DNA of 28,877 nucleotides from a virus. A program made the translations under genes and the position numbers. Below are positions 25,192-28,877 of the stretch, in pieces; position 1 is the stretch's first letter, and each line of letters begins with the position of its first letter. Under the pieces are notes generated by a model. That model saw only the letters and a program-made list of their open reading frames with translations, did not search any database and was not told where the DNA came from. The stretch lies in the IMG/VR virus record IMGVR_UViG_3300000882_000001; one strand, 5' to 3'.

Positions 25192-25361
25192 TGCGCAACA
25201 TGCCGGCAGGGCATCTGGGTTATGTGGCTGGCATGTTCAGCAACAAACGACCGGCGATGCTCGCCCGTGCCATCAACGCGATGAGTACACTGTCTGACGA
25301 TCTTCTCACAGCCGAGGTACTGCGACTGGAGTCTATGTCTGGGGTAAGTCCGCCGGCTACA

Positions 25362-25796
25362 CTATCGGCTTTGTGCCAGCAGGACGACGGCGCGCCGGGT
25401 GTCGGAGGGGAGGGCGCCCCAGCAGAGCGCCAGACTGATCAGCTCATTCCGCAGGTCAGCGGGGAGCGAGATCAGGCGGCGGCGGGTCTCACCGGGGATC
25501 GTGACCCAGACCTCGGCGATCTGGCGGATCTCTGCGAGATGCAGCGCTGAGAGCCTGCCCATGCCCAGATCCAGCGGGTCGGGGCGCCGCACTTCGACTG
25601 TGGCCCCGCAGGCCTCCGCCCACTTGTCGAGCAGATCGGTAGGCAGGAAGCGCCTGCCTGTCTCGTAGGAGGAGATCGATGACTGGTCCAGGCCGATGGC
25701 GGACGCGATCTGCTTCTGCGTCAGCCCGGCCGCGACGCGCATGTCCCTGAGTTCGGTGTGCCACTGTGTCATGCTGTCGCTCATACCTGCTGACAT
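25362..25796 (-). CDS. CI-like repressor, XRE-family HTH (144 aa; longest ORF start at 25817)
   Basis: The HTH segment is LTQKQIASAIGLDQSSISSYETG. GGAGG (25810-25806) lies 9 nt before ATG 25796. It is divergent from a Cro-like gene. Confidence 0.8.
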   Translation of the reverse strand: MSAGMSDSMTQWHTELRDMRVAAGLTQKQIASAIGLDQSSISSYETGRRFLPTDLLDKWAEACGATVEVRRPDPLDLGMGRLSALHLAEIRQIAEVWVTIPGETRRRLISLPADLRNELISLALCWGALPSDTRRAVVLLAQSR

Positions 25797-25798
25797 GC

Positions 25799-25849
25799 TT
25801 GCGTTCCTCCATGTCATAGGCTAATATGCGCGTATGACCTGTTCGGCAA
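25799..25849. promoter_or_regulatory. Genetic switch: overlapping divergent promoters with shared -10 region and flanking inverted repeat
   Basis: Rightward: TTGCGT (25799-25804), 17 nt, TAATAT (25822-25827). Leftward: TTGCCG (25849-25844), 17 nt, TATTAG (25826-25821). The repeat GTCATA (25813-25818), 14 nt, TATGAC (25833-25838) brackets the -10 boxes. Confidence 0.45.
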
Positions 25850-26112
25850 GCCCCACCCGACCCCACCCGACCACCACTGGTGGATGGCTGCGACGCTGGC
25901 GCGAGCGCGCGGGGCTGACGCAGGCCCAGGCCGCCGAACAGATCGGCGTGATCCAGTCCACGATCTCGTTCTGGGAGAACGAGCGCAACAGCGTCCCGCT
26001 CGACGAGCTGCGCCGGCTGGTGGCGCTGTACGGCGTCCCCGTCGAGGAGGCCGGGCTGCGGGTGATCGCGCCCGCGCAGGCTCTGACCGCTCCCGATCAG
26101 GTGGCCGCGTGA
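25834..26112 (+). CDS. Cro-like XRE-family HTH regulator (92 aa), probably leaderless
   Basis: The HTH segment is LTQAQAAEQIGVIQSTISFWENE. There is no SD, and the ATG lies 6 nt after the TAATAT box. Confidence 0.75.
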   Translation: MTCSASPTRPHPTTTGGWLRRWRERAGLTQAQAAEQIGVIQSTISFWENERNSVPLDELRRLVALYGVPVEEAGLRVIAPAQALTAPDQVAA

Positions 26113-26621
26113 ACGCCATCCCCCTGTTCCCTGAGCAAACTGAGGTTTCCCATGCCAATCGCGGCATGGACTGGGAGCAGGTCGCCGAGGAGCAGATCGG
26201 GGTGTACCGGCGCGATGGGTGGTACTGCCTGCGCCAGCACCCGCCTGTCTGCATCCAGAAGGGCTACAACGCGACGGTGATCGGCTCTGCCGCCTGCGAC
26301 TGGGTGATCAGCCGGGGCGGGCAGACGGTGGTGTGCGACCTGAAGAGCTGGTCAAGCACGCTCCGCTGGCCGCTGGAGCAGGTCAAAGACCACCAGGCCG
26401 ATCACCTCGACGCAGCCAGCCGGGCGCACCTGATCGCCGGGATCGCGCTGCTGCTCGACAGCGCCGCCTGGTGGCTGCCCTGGGGCGAGATCGGGCCGAT
26501 GTGGCACCGGTGGCGGCGCGGGGTGGCGGCGCGCGGGGAGTGCAGCCTCGGCGCGGAGCAGCTGCTGATCGTGGGCGAGCGATGCAGCGGGGTGGACTTC
26601 CTCGCGGTGGCGGTTCGATGA
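26109..26621 (+). CDS. recU: RecU-like Holliday junction resolvase (170 aa)
   Basis: GTGA overlap. Motifs: NRGMDWEQ..Y, DW..(x)..CDLKSW, PLEQVKDHQADHL. These follow the RecU pattern NRGM..E / D..DxK / HQ. Confidence 0.6.
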   Translation: MNAIPLFPEQTEVSHANRGMDWEQVAEEQIGVYRRDGWYCLRQHPPVCIQKGYNATVIGSAACDWVISRGGQTVVCDLKSWSSTLRWPLEQVKDHQADHLDAASRAHLIAGIALLLDSAAWWLPWGEIGPMWHRWRRGVAARGECSLGAEQLLIVGERCSGVDFLAVAVR

Positions 26622-26710
26622 GCTTCAATCCTCTCGCGGGAGAGACGGTGCTGGCGTCCTGCCTGGGGCGGCGCCCTCTCTCCCGCATTTCTATTCCCAG
26701 GCAGGGGTAA
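26618..26710 (+). CDS. possible 30-aa ORF
   Basis: The only support is an ATGA overlap with the recU-like stop. Confidence 0.2.
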   Translation: MSFNPLAGETVLASCLGRRPLSRISIPRQG

Positions 26711-26713
26711 CAA

Positions 26714-28447
26714 ATGGCACATGAAGGGCGTCCGACGGACAGATCCGTCAGCTACGAGATCGAACACGGCATGATCGGCGCGCTGCTGATGTACGGGCGC
26801 ACCGGGCTGGCGATCGCGCAGGCGGAGGGCTGGTCTCCGGCGCTCTGTCGTCGCCCGCAGCATGAGGCGCTGGCGGAGTGGCTCGCCGAGGGCATCGAGG
26901 CGGGCGCGGTCAGCGACCTCAACACCGCCCTGGCGCACCTCGCGCTGAGCCCGCCGACGCATAGAAACGCGCCGGGACACAGCGATGCGCTGATGATGCT
27001 GTGCGTCGCGCCGCAGCATGCGCCCATCCTGGAGGCGATCCCCGCGTCGGTGCGGGCGATGGCGCAGGCCGTGGCCGTCGAGCGGCTGGCCGAGCTGCGG
27101 GTCGCCCTCGATGTCGCGGCGCGCAGCGGGGACATGGCGGAGGTGGGGCGCATCGCCGGGCGGATCGCGGCGCTGACTGCCGCTCCGAAGGCGCCCAGGA
27201 AGACGGCCCCGGAAGAGGCGGCCATCGGCGACGACGACCGGCCCGACAGCGGCACCATCGCGGCGCTGAAGAAGATCCCCAAGCGCGCCCGCGACGACCG
27301 GCGCGTCCAGGCGCGGGTGGTGATCGAGAACGACCCCCGCTGGTCTTCGCTCCGGTTCAACGAGATGAAGCAGCGGGCCGAGCGCAACGGGCGGCTCTAC
27401 ACCGACGCCGACGACGCTGGCACCACCGACTGGCTCTCCTGGGTCTACGGCATCCAGGTGGGCCGTGACGTCGCGGCAGGCGTGGTCGATCTGGTGGCGC
27501 GGAAACGCAGCTACGACCCCCTGCGCGACTACCTGACGGGGCTGGCGTGGGATGGCGTGCCGCGCCTCGACACCTGGATGCAACGCGGCCTGGGCGTCGA
27601 GGACGGCCCCCTCCAGAGCCGGATGGGCGCATGCTGGATGATCGGCGCTGCGGCGCGGGCGCTGCGGCCGGGCTGCCAGATGGACACCATGCTGGTGTTC
27701 GTCGGCAAGCAGGGCAAGGGGAAGACGCGGGCGATGGAGGCGATCGCCGGTGCCGAATTCTTCAACGAGACCGAGATCCGCATCGGGGAGATCCGGGGTC
27801 TCCAGCAGCTCGGCGATGCCTGGATCCATGAGATCGGGGAGATGACGCCGCTGCTCGCCAACCGCGTCGACCGGAACGTCTTCAAGAACTTCCTCACCGT
27901 CAAGGTGGACAGCTACCAGCGGCTGCACGCGAAGCGGAGCGGGGAGCATCCCCGCCGGTGCGTCTTCGTCGGCACCTGCAACGACAAGGAGCTGCTCAAC
28001 GACCCGACCGGCGCCCGCCGCTTCTGGCCGGTCATCTCTACCAGCGTGGACCTCGCCTGGATCCGCGCCAACCGGGATCAGCTCTGGGCCGAGGCGCGCG
28101 TCCGTCTCGACAGCGGGGAGCAGTGGCACCTGACGCCCACAGAGGAGGCCGAGCTGGAATTGCTGCAGCGCCCCTTTCGCAAGACCGACCCCTGGGAGGA
28201 GCCTCTGAGCGTGTGGCTGTCCCAGCCTGAGCGCAGCCATGAGCCGGAGACGGCGATCACCGCTGCGCGCCTTTTGGCGGACGTGATCTCCCGCCCGCTG
28301 GGAATGCAGACCCAGGCGGACAAGACCCGCCTCGGCGCGTGCATGGCGGCGGTGGGCTGGATGCACAAGGTCGCGTGGTGCAAAACCGCCAAAAAAGCGG
28401 TCAACTGCTACGTCCCCGATCCCTCGAAAGTGGAGGTTGAATCGTGA
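26714..28447 (+). CDS. replicative helicase: DnaB-N-terminal-like domain plus VirE/D5-type SF3 P-loop NTPase (577 aa)
   Basis: The N-terminus is EIEHGMIGALLMYG..PQHEALAEWL. The VirE pattern is YDPLRDYLTGLAWDGVPRLDTW, GKQGKGKT (Walker A), WIHEIGEM, FVGTCND, TGARRFWPV. Confidence 0.8.
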   Translation: MAHEGRPTDRSVSYEIEHGMIGALLMYGRTGLAIAQAEGWSPALCRRPQHEALAEWLAEGIEAGAVSDLNTALAHLALSPPTHRNAPGHSDALMMLCVAPQHAPILEAIPASVRAMAQAVAVERLAELRVALDVAARSGDMAEVGRIAGRIAALTAAPKAPRKTAPEEAAIGDDDRPDSGTIAALKKIPKRARDDRRVQARVVIENDPRWSSLRFNEMKQRAERNGRLYTDADDAGTTDWLSWVYGIQVGRDVAAGVVDLVARKRSYDPLRDYLTGLAWDGVPRLDTWMQRGLGVEDGPLQSRMGACWMIGAAARALRPGCQMDTMLVFVGKQGKGKTRAMEAIAGAEFFNETEIRIGEIRGLQQLGDAWIHEIGEMTPLLANRVDRNVFKNFLTVKVDSYQRLHAKRSGEHPRRCVFVGTCNDKELLNDPTGARRFWPVISTSVDLAWIRANRDQLWAEARVRLDSGEQWHLTPTEEAELELLQRPFRKTDPWEEPLSVWLSQPERSHEPETAITAARLLADVISRPLGMQTQADKTRLGACMAAVGWMHKVAWCKTAKKAVNCYVPDPSKVEVES

Positions 28448-28866
28448 GCCTTATACCCTCCTTATACCCTCCTTATACCCTCCTTATACCCTGCCTTATA
28501 CCCTCCTCGATCCAGGTTGGAAGCGGGTTCTTATACCCTTATACCCTGTTCTGCGGTTCCGGTTGCTGCACTGCGCCGCCCCTGCCTCTCTCTACTCTCT
28601 CTAAGGGTATAAGAGGGTATAAGGGTATAAGGTCATCGGTTGAACGCCGGTCATTTCCTTATACCCTCCTTATACCCCCCCAGGGTGAGCGGTATAAGGC
28701 GACCGAGCGGCGCGCCCCCGGCTGCATCGTCTGCGGCGGGAGCGGCCTCGACATCACCCGCCCGCTGCCCTGGGGCGGCTACGAGAGCTGCGCCCGCTGC
28801 CTGATCCCGCCGGGCTGGCCGCCGACGGTGCATCCGGCCTGGCGCCGGCACATGGGGGCGGCATGA
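28444..28866 (+). CDS. ORF spanning the iterons with a C-terminal CxxCxGxG...CxxC zinc-ribbon; coding status uncertain
   Basis: GTGA overlap with the helicase stop, and an ATGA overlap with the next gene across the join. The only canonical in-frame start is GTG 28444. The C-terminus reads GCIVCGGSG..CARC. Confidence 0.35.
   Translation: MSLIPSLYPPYTLLIPCLIPSSIQVGSGFLYPYTLFCGSGCCTAPPLPLSTLSKGIRGYKGIRSSVERRSFPYTLLIPPQGERYKATERRAPGCIVCGGSGLDITRPLPWGGYESCARCLIPPGWPPTVHPAWRRHMGAA
28449..28699. repeat. Iteron field: 13 copies of an 11-bp unit, CCTTATACCCT (9 direct, 4 inverted); probable replication origin
   Basis: Direct copies start at 28449, 28460, 28471, 28482, 28494, 28529, 28537, 28657 and 28668. 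Inverted copies lie at 28604-28614, 28614-28624, 28622-28632 and 28689-28699. Confidence 0.85.
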
Positions 28867-28877
28867 GCGCCAGCGAG
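28855..28877. repeat. Terminal overlap identical to 1-23
   Basis: Direct comparison of the two window ends. Confidence 0.9.

Noticed and set aside
25122-25550. 142-aa plus-strand ORF taken as a gene
   Set aside because: It begins upstream of the only plausible rightward promoter. It has no SD and overlaps the CI-like gene antisense for about 190 nt. Only the 25200-25360 part is kept as a speculative small product in the findings.
26402-28366. 654-aa ORF on the minus strand, one of the longest in the ORF track
   Set aside because: It lies fully antisense to the VirE-type helicase gene, which has clear Walker A/B and family motifs. Its translation is Arg/Ala/Gly/Pro-rich with no recognisable motifs, which is typical of shadow ORFs in high-GC DNA. 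The same reasoning applies to 6339..7859(-), 2905..3888(-), 4238..5191(-), 4801..5706(-), 507..1196(-), 13529..14347(-), 15379..16269(-), 19830..20720(+), 20393..21160(+) and 22330..23208(+).
28449-28504. Tandem repeats considered as a CRISPR mini-array
   Set aside because: The units are only 11 bp, abut each other without spacers, and recur in inverted orientation nearby. This is iteron-like, not CRISPR-like.
1-28877. Search for a diversity-generating retroelement, retron, toxin-antitoxin pair or recognisable defence island
   Set aside because: No reverse-transcriptase-like motifs (YxDD), no template/variable repeat pair near the fiber gene, and no large accessory island were seen by eye. 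The genome has almost no non-essential space. This is a visual negative, not a computed one.

Overview
The window is a complete, very compact, high-GC temperate tailed-phage (siphovirus-like) genome. Bases 1-23 are identical to 28855-28877, so the unique length is about 28,854 bp and ORFs continue across the join. All family names below come from reading motifs in the supplied translations; no database was searched.

Gene order:
- An iteron-rich probable origin (28449-28699).
- Six small genes (9-1613).
- A packaging and head module: TerS-like, TerL, a portal fused to a MuF-like domain, an HK97-type prohead protease and the major capsid protein (1610-8003).
- Connector and tail genes: gp6-like, HK97 gp10-like, tail terminator-like, a DUF2341/LamG-like protein, tail tube, a chaperone with a recoding-type extension, tape measure, distal tail proteins and a fiber (8073-18080).
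- A lysis region (18080-19477).
- A convergent junction and probable attP area (19478-19760).
- A long leftward operon from 25092 down to 19650. It encodes an acidic protein, a Cys-rich protein, a 160-aa protein, a 42-aa TM/poly-Arg peptide, a tRNA-like minihelix, a DUF6884-like protein, a 608-aa protein with four wHTH repeats, two membrane-tailed proteins, Xis and Int.
- A lambda-like immunity region: a PL-like promoter, a CI-like repressor, overlapping divergent promoters and a probably leaderless Cro-like gene.
- Replication genes: a RecU-like resolvase and a DnaB-N-like/VirE SF3 helicase.

About 30 gene junctions are ATGA, GTGA, TGATG or TAATG stop-start overlaps.

Findings most worth follow-up:
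- The 13-copy 11-bp iteron field that lies inside an open reading frame.
- The Zn-ribbon / 4x wHTH / coiled-coil protein.
- The intergenic tRNA acceptor/T-arm minihelix.
- The unannotated TM/poly-Arg peptide and the very acidic first early protein.
- The palindromic genetic switch, and an orphan promoter pointing antisense into the repressor gene.
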